Source: Candidatus Eiseniibacteriota bacterium
GTDB lineage: Bacteria > Eisenbacteria > RBG-16-71-46
Assembly: GCA_044222065.1 (NCBI GenBank)
Contig: JBGAOA010000006.1
Span: 1 to 64,000, forward strand
Reading direction: 5' to 3'
Length of the DNA stretch: 64,000 nt
Positions 28,331 to 38,193 of this stretch are shown piece after piece. Under the pieces are notes generated by a model. That model did not search any database and was not told the origin of the DNA. It saw only the letters and a list, made by a program, of their open reading frames with translations. Positions within the stretch are counted from its first letter, which is position 1, and the number at the start of each line of letters is the position of its first letter. The position numbers and the translations under genes were made by a program.

Positions 28331-30679
28331 CTACTCGCGCTTCACGATCGCGACGACGGCGCGCTCGGCGCCGAGTTCGGCGCGGCACAGGTAGAGGCCG
28401 GCGCGAACGGGCGCGCCCTCGTCGTCGCGACCGTCCCAGGCGAGCGATCGCACGCCGGCCTCGACCGGTCCGCGATGGATCGTGCGCACGCGGCGGCCGG
28501 CGAGATCGAACACCTCGACGCGTGCGACGCCCGCCTGCGGCGCGAGCAGCGCGATGCGGATCGCGCCCGCGAACGGATTGGGTTCGGCGCGCAGCGCGAG
28601 CGTGCGCGGCGCGCTCGACGGCGGCACGCCCACGGTCGGCAGTGCGACCACGTAGGCGTAGTTCGCGGGGAACGGCAGCGCGTTCACTCCGGCCGGCGGC
28701 GGGCCTCCCGACGACTGCGTCGCTTCGCCGGCAGGCGCGCTCGGCGGGGAGTCCGGCTCGGGTCCGATGGGAATCACGCCGTACCACACCTGGCTCGAAT
28801 CGCCGGGCGCCGCGCCGGGCGGCACCGGAACGTGTGCCGTGACCTTCACGTGCTGTCCCGCGGCGAGCGCGAGCGGCGCGCCCGAGTACGAGACACCCCA
28901 GCCGCGCGTGTCGAACGCCTGCGGCTGCAGGGTGACCGAAGCCGCGCCGTCGTTCGCGACGTCGAACGTGAGATCGGCGATCTGTCCCAGCTCGGCGCCG
29001 GCGTCTCCGTCCCACAGCACGAGCGGCCGCGGCACGCGATTCGCGGACTCGAAGCAGTCGCTCGCCCCGTGGGAGCCCGGACGATTCGACGCGAGGAAGA
29101 CGCGCTCGAGCCCGATGTCCGCGCTCGGTCCCGTGTCGTCGAGCGGGCCGTTGAGCGCACTCACGTTCACCGGCGATCCCCACGAGGCCTTCACCACGTC
29201 GCCGCCCTTCGCGGGCAGCGCGCCGCTCACGTTCTGCGACCAGACGTCGTAGCCGCCGAGCCCGCCTGGGCGATTCGACGCGTAGAGGAGCTGCGCGGGC
29301 TCGCCGTCGAGCGCCTTCGACACGCAGGGATCGCGCTCGTCGAACGGCGTGTTCACCGACGCGCCGAGGTTGACGCTCGCGCCCGGGTCATCCGTCGAGT
29401 CGATGGGCGCGACGTAGAGATCGAACCCTCCGCTGCCACCGGGCCGATTCGAGGCGAACAGCAGGTAGCCCAGGAACGCGTGCGGGCTCGTTTCGTCGGC
29501 GGACGTGTTCACGTTCGGCAGCGAGGTCACCGAATCGAACGTGAGTGGCGCGCTGTGGCCCGCGCGGTACAGATCGAAGCCGCCGGAGCCGCCGGGCCGA
29601 TTCGACGCGAAGTACAGCTCGGCATCCCCGATCCCTGAATTCGGCGCCAGTTCGTTGAAGGCGGAGTTCACGAGCGGCCCGCAGTTCACCGGACTCTTCC
29701 AGCGCGACTCGTCCGAACTCCACGTGACGTACCAGATGTCGTAGCCGCCGAAGCCACCTGCGCGGTTCGAGGCGAAGTAGAGCCGCCCCGCGCGCGAGCC
29801 GAACTCGGCGCCATCGGCGACGTCGGGGTCGCGATCGTCGGCCGCGCTCATCGCGGAGTCGCACAGCGACGACGGCGCTTCGAACACCGGCGGCGGATCG
29901 AAGATCGCGTCGAAGTGGCCGTCGTCGTGCTCGAAGCTGAACCAGTGCGACAGCTCGTGCTTCAGGATCATGTAGTAGTCCACGGTGCCGATCGGGCACT
30001 TCGCGTCGGCGTTCGTGATGAAGCCGTCGCCGTCGGTGTCGCTCGGGTAGCACCAGGTGCGGCCGCCGCCCGGCTCGTCCTTGATCCACAGGATCGCGGA
30101 CAGCGTGTCGTAGCGCGCCTTGAACTCGACCTTCGCGCCGACGTCGTTCACGCCCTTCTCGAGGTCGAACGACATCAGGCCGAGCGTGTTCGCGGGCACA
30201 CCGGGAATGAACCCGGACGGTTCGATCGCGACGTCGGCCGCGCCCTCGTCGTCGGTGAACCACGAGTCGTCCGTGATCGGGTCCTTCACGGGTTGACCCG
30301 GCGCGTGGAACGGCGAGGAATCGCCGTAGGCCTTGTCCATCGCCTTCTTCTCACCGGCCGACATCGAACGGCTCGACCTCGCGTGATCCTTCGCGTCGGA
30401 GAGATCGTGTCGCGGTCCCGCGGACGACACATGATCGTTCGTCTCGTTGCGGTTGCCCGTGCCGTTCGCGGCCGGGGCCTGGTCGTACATCACCCACTGC
30501 TTGAGCGCATAGCGCAGGCAGCGCTCCTGGTCGGCGCTCAGGTGGCCCTTGTAGATCTTGAACGGCTTCTTCGGCAGGTGCGCCTTCGCCATCTTCTGGG
30601 CGTGGGCGAGCGGCGCGAGCGCGGCGAGCAGCGTGGCGGCGAACAGCGCGTGACGAAGCATGCGAGCGGCGAATCGCAT
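28331..30679 (-). CDS. Secreted protein: metzincin-like zinc motif + PD40/TolB-like repeats + FlgD-Ig C-terminal domain
   Basis: Signal peptide; HELSHWFSFEH (29927-29959); five LYFASNRPGGxGGxD-type repeats; PNPF..FDLAGRRVR..WDGRDDEG..AGLY. Confidence 0.85.
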   Translation of the reverse strand: MRFAARMLRHALFAATLLAALAPLAHAQKMAKAHLPKKPFKIYKGHLSADQERCLRYALKQWVMYDQAPAANGTGNRNETNDHVSSAGPRHDLSDAKDHARSSRSMSAGEKKAMDKAYGDSSPFHAPGQPVKDPITDDSWFTDDEGAADVAIEPSGFIPGVPANTLGLMSFDLEKGVNDVGAKVEFKARYDTLSAILWIKDEPGGGRTWCYPSDTDGDGFITNADAKCPIGTVDYYMILKHELSHWFSFEHDDGHFDAIFDPPPVFEAPSSLCDSAMSAADDRDPDVADGAEFGSRAGRLYFASNRAGGFGGYDIWYVTWSSDESRWKSPVNCGPLVNSAFNELAPNSGIGDAELYFASNRPGGSGGFDLYRAGHSAPLTFDSVTSLPNVNTSADETSPHAFLGYLLFASNRPGGSGGFDLYVAPIDSTDDPGASVNLGASVNTPFDERDPCVSKALDGEPAQLLYASNRPGGLGGYDVWSQNVSGALPAKGGDVVKASWGSPVNVSALNGPLDDTGPSADIGLERVFLASNRPGSHGASDCFESANRVPRPLVLWDGDAGAELGQIADLTFDVANDGAASVTLQPQAFDTRGWGVSYSGAPLALAAGQHVKVTAHVPVPPGAAPGDSSQVWYGVIPIGPEPDSPPSAPAGEATQSSGGPPPAGVNALPFPANYAYVVALPTVGVPPSSAPRTLALRAEPNPFAGAIRIALLAPQAGVARVEVFDLAGRRVRTIHRGPVEAGVRSLAWDGRDDEGAPVRAGLYLCRAELGAERAVVAIVKRE

Positions 30680-30860
30680 GACGGACCCCCGTGGGCGGCG
30701 ACCGAGAGCGAGCCGGCATCGTCGTGCGAAGGGGAGACGCGGCGGCGGGCGCGGCGGAGGCTGAACGCGGGGAAGTCTCCGCCCGCCTTTGGCGCGAGGC
30801 AATGGGGAAGTTGCGCGTGGCGAGGACCGTCGAGCGGTCCTTACGGGCACCGGCGCCGCG

Positions 30861-31835
30861 CTACGCCGCGCGGACGATGCCCGCCGCTTCGAGCGCTTCG
30901 ATCGCCGCGCGCATCGGCTCGACGAGCCGGCGCACCGCCTCCGCGTCGCCGAGGCTTCCCGGGCGTTCGAGCGTGAGGTCGGCCGTGCCGTCGCCATTGT
31001 CCACGAGCGACCACGACCAGCGCGGTGTGGAGGCGTGGAGCTGGAGCAGCGCGTCCGCGACGCCGGCGGTGGCGAACATCGCGCGCGCCGCGGCGGGATC
31101 GCTCGTGCGCAGCACGAGCGCGCGGTCGAGCGCCTCGTGCCCGATCGTGACGGGAGGCGTGGCCGCGAATTCGAGTGCGGCCGCGGCCGCGCGCGCGCGC
31201 GGATCGTCGGCGCGCTCGCGCAGCGCGTTCACGCCGGCGCGCATCGCGTGCGTCGCGAGGCTGCTCACGAGCGCGGGCTCGCGCCCCGAGCCGTGCGCCG
31301 AGAAGGCGAAGCCGCCGCGCATCGCGACGCGCGCGCGTGCGCGCGTGATCGGCGAGCGGTGGTTCGACCACGAGCGCACGTCCACCGAACCGCGAGCGAC
31401 GGGAACGCGGAGTGCCGGCCCGTTCGGCATGCCGTACGTCGGATCGAGCTTCGAGTGGCCGACGACGGTGCCGCCAAGCGTCGTGGCGAGCGCGCTCGCC
31501 TGCGCGCGGTCGCCCGGCCGGCTGACGGGAGAGAGGACCGAGAGCAGCGCGCACGGCAGGAGCGGGACCGCCACGACCCAGCGCACCCACCCGTGCGCGA
31601 GGATCGCGTCCGCGATGGCGCGTCCGCCGACGTAGTCGAGCACGTGCGGATGGAACCAGACGAGGAGGGCCGCCCAGGTGATCACGCGGAACACGTCGAA
31701 CAGGACGTAGATGAGCTTCTCGATGCGCTCGTTCTCTTCGGGCGTGCAATTGAGCGCGTGGAAGCGCGAGAGGTGCGGATAGCGCCTCGGTGCGCCGGGC
31801 GTGCCGGGGGCGGGGTCCTGGGCGGGCAGCGACAT
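30861..31835 (-). CDS. Hypothetical membrane protein
   Basis: Two N-terminal hydrophobic segments and protein-like composition; start uncertain (31835 or 31880). Confidence 0.6.
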   Translation of the reverse strand: MSLPAQDPAPGTPGAPRRYPHLSRFHALNCTPEENERIEKLIYVLFDVFRVITWAALLVWFHPHVLDYVGGRAIADAILAHGWVRWVVAVPLLPCALLSVLSPVSRPGDRAQASALATTLGGTVVGHSKLDPTYGMPNGPALRVPVARGSVDVRSWSNHRSPITRARARVAMRGGFAFSAHGSGREPALVSSLATHAMRAGVNALRERADDPRARAAAAALEFAATPPVTIGHEALDRALVLRTSDPAAARAMFATAGVADALLQLHASTPRWSWSLVDNGDGTADLTLERPGSLGDAEAVRRLVEPMRAAIEALEAAGIVRAA

Positions 31836-31952
31836 GGGAAGGGTATCGGCCGCGATGCCCTGGGAGGTGAGGCGCGCCACTCGCGGGAGTCGTCGCGCGA
31901 GGGGAGTGGGGCGGAAGCCCGGGGGCTGCCGGCGCGCGGGGCCGGCGAAGCG

Positions 31953-34427
31953 CTATCGGAGCCCGTACCGCCGCATCTTGGCGAGCAGCGTCGTGCGCGG
32001 CATGCGGAGCGCGCGGGCGGCTTCGGCGCGCGAGCCGCGATGGGTCGCGAGCGCCTCTTCGATGCGGCGCTTCTCGACGCCGAGCATCTCGGTGCCGAAG
32101 TCCGAGGCGTCGTCGTCGCTGCCGCTCAGCGACAGATGCTCGATCCACTCGCCCTCGGCGACGAGCGCCGCCTGCTCGACGACGGCCTTCAGCTCGCGAA
32201 CGTTGCCGGGCCATCGATAGCGCTCGATCTGCCCGAGCGCGGCGCTCGTGAACTCGAGCCGGCGCCGCTCGCGCTCGCACGCGCGCGCGAGGAATTGCTG
32301 CGCGAGCAGCACGACGTCGTCGCCGCGTTCGCGAAGCGGCGGCAGCGTGACGACCCCGTGCGCGAGCCGGTAGAACAGGTCTTCGCGGAACGGGCCGCCG
32401 CCCTGGAGTTCGTCGCGCGTGCGGTTCGTCGCCGCGACGATGCGCGCGTCCACGTGCAGCAGCTTGACCGAACCGACGCGCCGCGACTCGCCCGACTCGA
32501 GGAAGCGCAGCAGCTTCGTCTGCAGATCGATCGGCATCTCGCCGATTTCGTCGAGGAACACCGTGCCACCGTCGCACACTTCGACGAGGCCGGGCTTGTC
32601 GCGCGTGGCGCCCGTGAACGAACCCGACACGTGGCCGAACAGCTCGCTCTCGATCATCTCGCGCGACATCGCGCCGCAGTTGATGGGGAAGTAAGCGCCG
32701 CTTCGGCCCGAGAGACGGTGAATGCCGGCGGCGACGAGTTCCTTGCCCGTGCCCGACTCACCGAGCACGAGGATCGGCGAGCGGGAGCGCGCGAGTTTCT
32801 CCACGGTGCCGAGCAGCTCCAGCATGCCGGGGCGACGCGTGAGCAGCCCGAAGGTCTCGTACGCCCAGCGCGTGCGCGCTTCGATCTCCGCGGTGGAGCG
32901 CCGCGCCACGGGGCGGCGGACTGGCGCGTCGGTCGTCACGAACGACGCCGGCACGCTCGACGGCGGCGTGCCGCCGGAGTGCGCGACGTTGAGTTCGGCG
33001 AAGCGCGCTTGTGTCTCCGCGAGCTTCGCCTTCGCGCCCATGCGTTCGAACAGGTCGCGAGCGAGGAGGTACGCCTCGAGCGCGCCGCGCGTGTCGGCGA
33101 ATGCGCCGGCGTGCGGGCCGCGCAGCCAGTCACCGTAGGCCATCCAGAGCTTGCCCCACTCGTACGGCGTCTCGATGTCTTCGTAGAAAGCGAAGCCTTG
33201 CTCGAAGTGCTGCTTCGCTTCACCCGGGCGGCCCACGGCGGCCGCCGCGAGCGCGAGGACGCGATAGGTCGCGGCCTCCTCGTAGCGATCGCCGAGCTCG
33301 CGGCAGTGCGTGAGGCCGAGCTTGGCCTCGGCGTACGCCTCGTCGTGACGTGCGAGGAGGTAGAAGCACTCGGCGCGGCGCCGACGAAGCTCGGCGACGA
33401 TGTCGCCCTTCGGCACGAGCGCCATCGCCTTCGGGAACACCGCGTCGTAGTGCTTCAGCGCGGCTTCAGCTTGCCCCTGCTCGAGGTGCACGTCACCGAG
33501 GAACTCGGAGGTGAGGAGGGCAGGGCGGGAGAGGGGAGAACGATCTTCAAGAGCCGCTGTTTCTCTAAGGCTTATGCTGGCGCTCGAGAAGTCGCCCCGG
33601 TGTATGTCGATCAGTGCGGTCGCCTGATGAGCGTATCGAACGAAGCGATCATCTGCGTATGCCAGCGCCTGCTGAAGCGCCTTCCGCGCCAGGTTGCTCG
33701 CTTCGTCGAGACGCCCTCGCCTCCAGCTAAGCAGCGCGAGGCTCTGATCCACTCGCAAGAGCTGTACTCGATTCTGTAGTTGCTCCCACATGACTGCGGA
33801 AGTTCGGAGTTCTTCCTTCGCTTCGCCCCAGTGACACAACTGCTTGCTGATGAGCGCTAGGTTCCGGCGAACGTCAGCCTCAAGTCGAGCTTCCTGAGCA
33901 CGTCTCCCGGACACCAGTGCCTCCAGATACCAGTTCTTGGCGGACTTCAATTCTCCCAATGTCCAGGCGATGTTGCCGAGTACAAGTGCAGCACGACCCA
34001 GTTCCCCAGTGTCAGGCAATTGAAGCAGTCGAGCGTGGGCACGCTGCGCATCGCACAAGGCAAGCGACACCTCTCCAGCTTTCCATCGAGCTGCCGCTCG
34101 CCAGACGAGAGGTAGTGCGCTTTGCGCTGACGCCGATTCGAGAGCTACTCCTTCGAGAAGCTCGTCTGCGAGTCGACACGCTTCCTCAGTCCGATTGAGG
34201 AAGACCAGTACTTCCAAGCGCAGCAGCTGGAGACGTGCTCGCCCGTTCGCGTTCGGCGAGTGAGAAGCGGCGCAAAGTAACTCAACGGCCTCTTCAAACT
34301 CGCCGCTGCCGCACAACCTCATTGCCACATCGCTCGCCCGATCGAGCACGCTAGCGTCTTCCGTTTGACCTGCTGACTCCGCAAGCAGGGAACGAAGAGC
34401 AGCCGCTTCGATCAAAAACGTGCTCAT
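31953..34427 (-). CDS. TPR-containing sigma54-dependent transcriptional activator (bEBP) with Fis-type HTH
   Basis: [70 protein letters not shown]; about 500 aa of TPR-like helices N-terminally. Confidence 0.93.
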   Translation of the reverse strand: MSTFLIEAAALRSLLAESAGQTEDASVLDRASDVAMRLCGSGEFEEAVELLCAASHSPNANGRARLQLLRLEVLVFLNRTEEACRLADELLEGVALESASAQSALPLVWRAAARWKAGEVSLALCDAQRAHARLLQLPDTGELGRAALVLGNIAWTLGELKSAKNWYLEALVSGRRAQEARLEADVRRNLALISKQLCHWGEAKEELRTSAVMWEQLQNRVQLLRVDQSLALLSWRRGRLDEASNLARKALQQALAYADDRFVRYAHQATALIDIHRGDFSSASISLRETAALEDRSPLSRPALLTSEFLGDVHLEQGQAEAALKHYDAVFPKAMALVPKGDIVAELRRRRAECFYLLARHDEAYAEAKLGLTHCRELGDRYEEAATYRVLALAAAAVGRPGEAKQHFEQGFAFYEDIETPYEWGKLWMAYGDWLRGPHAGAFADTRGALEAYLLARDLFERMGAKAKLAETQARFAELNVAHSGGTPPSSVPASFVTTDAPVRRPVARRSTAEIEARTRWAYETFGLLTRRPGMLELLGTVEKLARSRSPILVLGESGTGKELVAAGIHRLSGRSGAYFPINCGAMSREMIESELFGHVSGSFTGATRDKPGLVEVCDGGTVFLDEIGEMPIDLQTKLLRFLESGESRRVGSVKLLHVDARIVAATNRTRDELQGGGPFREDLFYRLAHGVVTLPPLRERGDDVVLLAQQFLARACERERRRLEFTSAALGQIERYRWPGNVRELKAVVEQAALVAEGEWIEHLSLSGSDDDASDFGTEMLGVEKRRIEEALATHRGSRAEAARALRMPRTTLLAKMRRYGLR

Positions 34428-34726
34428 CGCGCACTTCTCCGCTCAGACGACACCATCGATCTCGACTGCGGGATCACGACTAGCCGGCCCGGAGCGACTT
34501 CGATTCGGACTGAGCCCAGATTGAACGCAAGCGGCCTTGCCGTGCGCTGCGCCCGAGTGTTGGGCTCATCGGGCTCCCCAAACGACCACGGCGCGACGAG
34601 CTTCTTCGGCTTCTCTCCTGGATACAGAATGCTGTCCTCGCCCGCGGATGCGATCGTGGGGAGGACCAACCCGGCGGCCAGCATGAGAGCTGCGATCATC
34701 GCGGCCCATCGATGCGTGCGCTTCAT
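34424..34726 (-). CDS. Small secreted protein / putative signalling-peptide precursor (100 aa)
   Basis: GAGGAG RBS, ATG at 34726, signal peptide MKRTHRWAAMIAALMLAAGLVLPTIASA; stop overlaps the bEBP start (ATGA). Confidence 0.75.
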   Translation of the reverse strand: MKRTHRWAAMIAALMLAAGLVLPTIASAGEDSILYPGEKPKKLVAPWSFGEPDEPNTRAQRTARPLAFNLGSVRIEVAPGRLVVIPQSRSMVSSERRSAR

Positions 34727-35319
34727 CACTCGACTCCTCGGAGCTCTCGCTCCACCCGGTGCACTCCGTCGCCCGTCCTGAGCGGAGCGCGCTTCCAAGC
34801 AAAGAAACTCCGCCGGGGCACCGGGAGCAACGCCCTGACAGAGCTTCGCCGCGTGATTCTCGGGTCGTGATGAGGGGATCGCATCAGCCACCAGACCTGA
34901 GTCAAAGGTCAACGGGACGCGTCGAGGCTATTCGCCCGATCGCGAGCGGGTCAACGACATTTTGGTGCGTGCATCGCGACGCGCACTCGAACTCGGAAAA
35001 CAATTCCTAGCGCCCGCAGCGCCACGAATCGCGTGTTCGCCGCGCCAATCGGGGACGTCGCGAGCTGCCCTCGCCGCGAGACGTTGTGGCATTCGAGGCT
35101 GCCAGCCTGCCAGTCCCCGCGCAGCGATTTCAGGGTCCCGAACGCCACTGAGGCCGTTTTCGCACGACTCCCAAAGGCTCACGCGACTTCGAGCCCCCCC
35201 GGCACAGCCCGTGCAGTCCTCGCTCCTCGCACCGTCCGGACCCGTGCGCGTTTGGCGCCCGCGAACCCGGCGACTCGACCTGGACCCGACTGGCCCGCGC
35301 GGCCGATGGAGCCTTCGCG

Positions 35320-36513
35320 ATGAGCACGACGCACACCGAGAACCTCAAGTCCGGCTTCATGACGAAGCTCGTTCACGCCGGCGCCGACCACAGCGCGTAC
35401 GGCAGCGCGGTCACGCCGATCTACCAGACGTCCACGTTCGCGTTCCGGAACGCGCAGGAAGGCGCGGACCGCTTTGCCGGCAAGGCCGACGGCTACATCT
35501 ATACCCGGCTCGGGAACCCGACCATCCACGCGCTCGAGTCGTGCGTCGCCGAACTCGAAAAGGGCGTGGGCGGCGTCGCGACCAGCTCCGGCATGGGCGC
35601 GGTGCAGTCGGTGTACATGGCGCTGCTCGCCTCGGGCAGTCACGTCGTCAGCACGGCGTCGGTCTATGGCCCCTCGCGCGGGCTGCTCGAAGACCACTTC
35701 GCGCGCTTCGGCGTGTCGGCGACGTTCGTGGACACCTCCGACGTGAAGAACCTCGAACGCGCGATGCGTCCCGAGACGAAGCTCGTGTACGTCGAGTCGC
35801 CCTCCAATCCCGCCATGCAGGTCACCGACATCGCGGCGGCGGCGAAGATCGCGCACGCGCACGGCGCGCGGCTCGTCGTGGACAACACGTTCGCCTCGCC
35901 CTACCTGCAGCAGCCGCTCGAACTCGGCGCCGACGTCGTGCTGCACTCGGTCACGAAGTTCATCAATGGTCACGCCGACGTCGTCGGCGGCCTGCTCGTC
36001 GCGAAGGACCCGGAGCTGCTCAAGCGCCTCCGCTCGCTCATGATCGCGACGGGCTGCAACATGGACCCGCACCAGGCGTTCCTCGTCCATCGCGGAATCA
36101 AGACGCTCGCGCTCCGGCTCGAGCGCGCGCAGTGCACGGCGGGCGAGATCGCGGCGTGGCTCGAGGCGCGGCCCGAAGTCGCGTGGGTGCGCTACCTCGG
36201 TTTGCCGTCGCACCCGCAGTACGAACTCGCGAAGCGCCAGATGCGCGGCCCGGGCGCGATGATCAGCTTCGAGATGAAGGGCGGGTACGCGGCCGGCGAG
36301 AAGCTCATGAACCGCGTGAAGCTCGCCACCCTCGCCGTGTCGCTCGGCGGCGTCGAGACGTTGATCGAGCACCCGGCTTCGATGACGCACGCCAAGATGC
36401 AGCCGGCCGAGCGGCTCAAGGCCGGGATCAGCGAGGGGCTCGTGCGTTACTCGGTCGGCATCGAAGACCTGGACGACTTGGTCGCCGACCTGCGGCAGGC
36501 GCTCGAGGGCTGA
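35320..36513 (+). CDS. Cys/Met metabolism PLP-dependent lyase (methionine gamma-lyase / cystathionine gamma-synthase family)
   Basis: PIYQTSTF, YTRLGNPT, SSGMGA, ESPSNP, VDNTF, HSVTKFINGH, AVSLGGVETL, RYSVGIED. Confidence 0.93.
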   Translation: MSTTHTENLKSGFMTKLVHAGADHSAYGSAVTPIYQTSTFAFRNAQEGADRFAGKADGYIYTRLGNPTIHALESCVAELEKGVGGVATSSGMGAVQSVYMALLASGSHVVSTASVYGPSRGLLEDHFARFGVSATFVDTSDVKNLERAMRPETKLVYVESPSNPAMQVTDIAAAAKIAHAHGARLVVDNTFASPYLQQPLELGADVVLHSVTKFINGHADVVGGLLVAKDPELLKRLRSLMIATGCNMDPHQAFLVHRGIKTLALRLERAQCTAGEIAAWLEARPEVAWVRYLGLPSHPQYELAKRQMRGPGAMISFEMKGGYAAGEKLMNRVKLATLAVSLGGVETLIEHPASMTHAKMQPAERLKAGISEGLVRYSVGIEDLDDLVADLRQALEG

Positions 36514-36653
36514 CGGGAGCCGCCCCAGGCGCGGCTCCGCGCCCGCCGTTCAACACGATCGCCTTCCGTCCGATACTTTCCCCGAGCGAGTCTCGCCGTC
36601 GGCGGGGTCGTGCGCGGGCGTCGCGACGCCCGCAGGACTCGAGGGATCGAGCC

Positions 36654-37988
36654 TTGGAACACGCATTCAATTGCCTGCGCGCCTGGGTGGTGACGGCCGA
36701 CATGGGGCTCGGTCACCAGCGCGCCGCGCACGCGCTCGCGCACCTCGCGCAGGACGGCGTGCTCACGGCCGGCAGCCCCGACGTGACCGATCCGGACGAG
36801 GCGCGCTTCTGGCGCCGGCTGACGTGGTCGTACGAGTTCCTGTCGCGCGCGCGGGAAATCCCGCTCGTCGGCAAGCCCGTGTTCGGGCTGCTCGACGCGA
36901 TGCTCGCGATCCCGCCGTTCTATCCGCTCCGCGACCTGTCGCACCCGTCGCCGAACAATCACATCGTGGATCACCTGATCCGCCAGGGGCTCGGCCGCTC
37001 GCTGCTCGAGCGCCTGCACACGTGCACGCTGCCGGTGATCACGACGTTCTACGCGCCGGCGCTCGTCGCCGACCGCGCGCACTCGGAGCCGGTGTACTGC
37101 GTCATCTGCGACGCGGACCTGAACCGCGTGTGGGTCGCGTCGAAGGCGCGCGAGAGCCGCATCCGCTACTTCGCGCCGTGCGGGCGCGTCATGCGGCGGC
37201 TGCGGCAGTACGGCGTGCCCGACGACCGCATCTTCATCACCGGGTTCACGCTGCCGCGCGCCAACGTCGGCGGCACCAGCATGGAGGTGCTGAAGGCGGA
37301 CCTCCTCGCGCGCCTCGGCCGGCTCGACCCGCAGGGACGCTTCACGAGCGTCTACGGCGGCACCGTGCGCGAGCTGCTCGGCGAGCGCCCCCAACCCTCG
37401 GGCGGACGCGAGCGGGTCACGGTGACGTTCGCCGTCGGCGGCGCGGGCGCACAAACCGAGATCGGGCTGATGCTCGCGCAGGCGCTCAAGCCCGGCATCC
37501 TCGACCGGCGCTTCCGGCTCGTGCTCGTGTGCGGCGTGAACCGCCTCGTCGAGCGCGTGTTCACGGAGTTCGTCTCGCGCACCGGCCTCGAGAGCGCGCT
37601 CGGAGACGGCGTGCTCGTCGTGCGCGAGGACTCGAAGCCGGCGTACTTCGACCGCTTCAACCTCCTCATGCGCGAGACCGACATCCTGTGGACCAAGCCG
37701 AGCGAGCTGTCGTTCTACTCGGCGCTCGGCATCCCGATCGTCATGGCGCCGCCGCTCGGTTCGCAGGAGGACAAGAACCAGCGCTGGCTCATGGACAAGG
37801 GCTGCGCGCTGCCGCAGTACACGCCGATCCACGCGCTCGAATGGCTCACGGACATGCTCAAGGACGGCGTGTTCGCCGAGAAGGCGCTCTCGGGTTTCAT
37901 CAAGAACCGCAAGCTCGGCGTGTACAAGATCGAGGAAGTGCTCGAGACCGGCGCGATGAGCCGCGAGACGCACCCGCTGCGGCGCTGA
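36654..37988 (+). CDS. Hypothetical protein with glycosyltransferase (GT-B, MGDG-synthase-like) motifs
   Basis: ADMGLGHQRAA, AVGGAG, DILWTKPSEL, PLGSQE..N; TTG start at 36654 after GAGGGA inferred. Confidence 0.7.
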   Translation: MEHAFNCLRAWVVTADMGLGHQRAAHALAHLAQDGVLTAGSPDVTDPDEARFWRRLTWSYEFLSRAREIPLVGKPVFGLLDAMLAIPPFYPLRDLSHPSPNNHIVDHLIRQGLGRSLLERLHTCTLPVITTFYAPALVADRAHSEPVYCVICDADLNRVWVASKARESRIRYFAPCGRVMRRLRQYGVPDDRIFITGFTLPRANVGGTSMEVLKADLLARLGRLDPQGRFTSVYGGTVRELLGERPQPSGGRERVTVTFAVGGAGAQTEIGLMLAQALKPGILDRRFRLVLVCGVNRLVERVFTEFVSRTGLESALGDGVLVVREDSKPAYFDRFNLLMRETDILWTKPSELSFYSALGIPIVMAPPLGSQEDKNQRWLMDKGCALPQYTPIHALEWLTDMLKDGVFAEKALSGFIKNRKLGVYKIEEVLETGAMSRETHPLRR

Positions 37989-38193
37989 CGCCCGGCGCGA
38001 GCGCGCGCACGCGATTCCCTGTCCACTTCGCCACAAGGTCACCGCAATCTCTGGAACTTCCGGGGCCCGCGGGCGGGTAAGGTCGTGGGCGAGCGCGGCG
38101 GTGCACGCGGGCGGGGCCCGCGCGCCGCCGTCGCGGGAGGCCGGGCGATCCCGGTTCCCTCACGGCCGCAGGGAGCGGCTCACCGGAGGATGC

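Noticed and set aside
35087..35113. TGGCA-containing motifs upstream of the peptide/bEBP operon as sigma54 promoters
   Set aside because: Either N11 spacing or no TTGC at -12.
34962..36653. Long N-terminal extension of ORF 34962..37988
   Set aside because: It is an alternative frame over the PLP lyase gene; only the part from about 36654 is protein-like.
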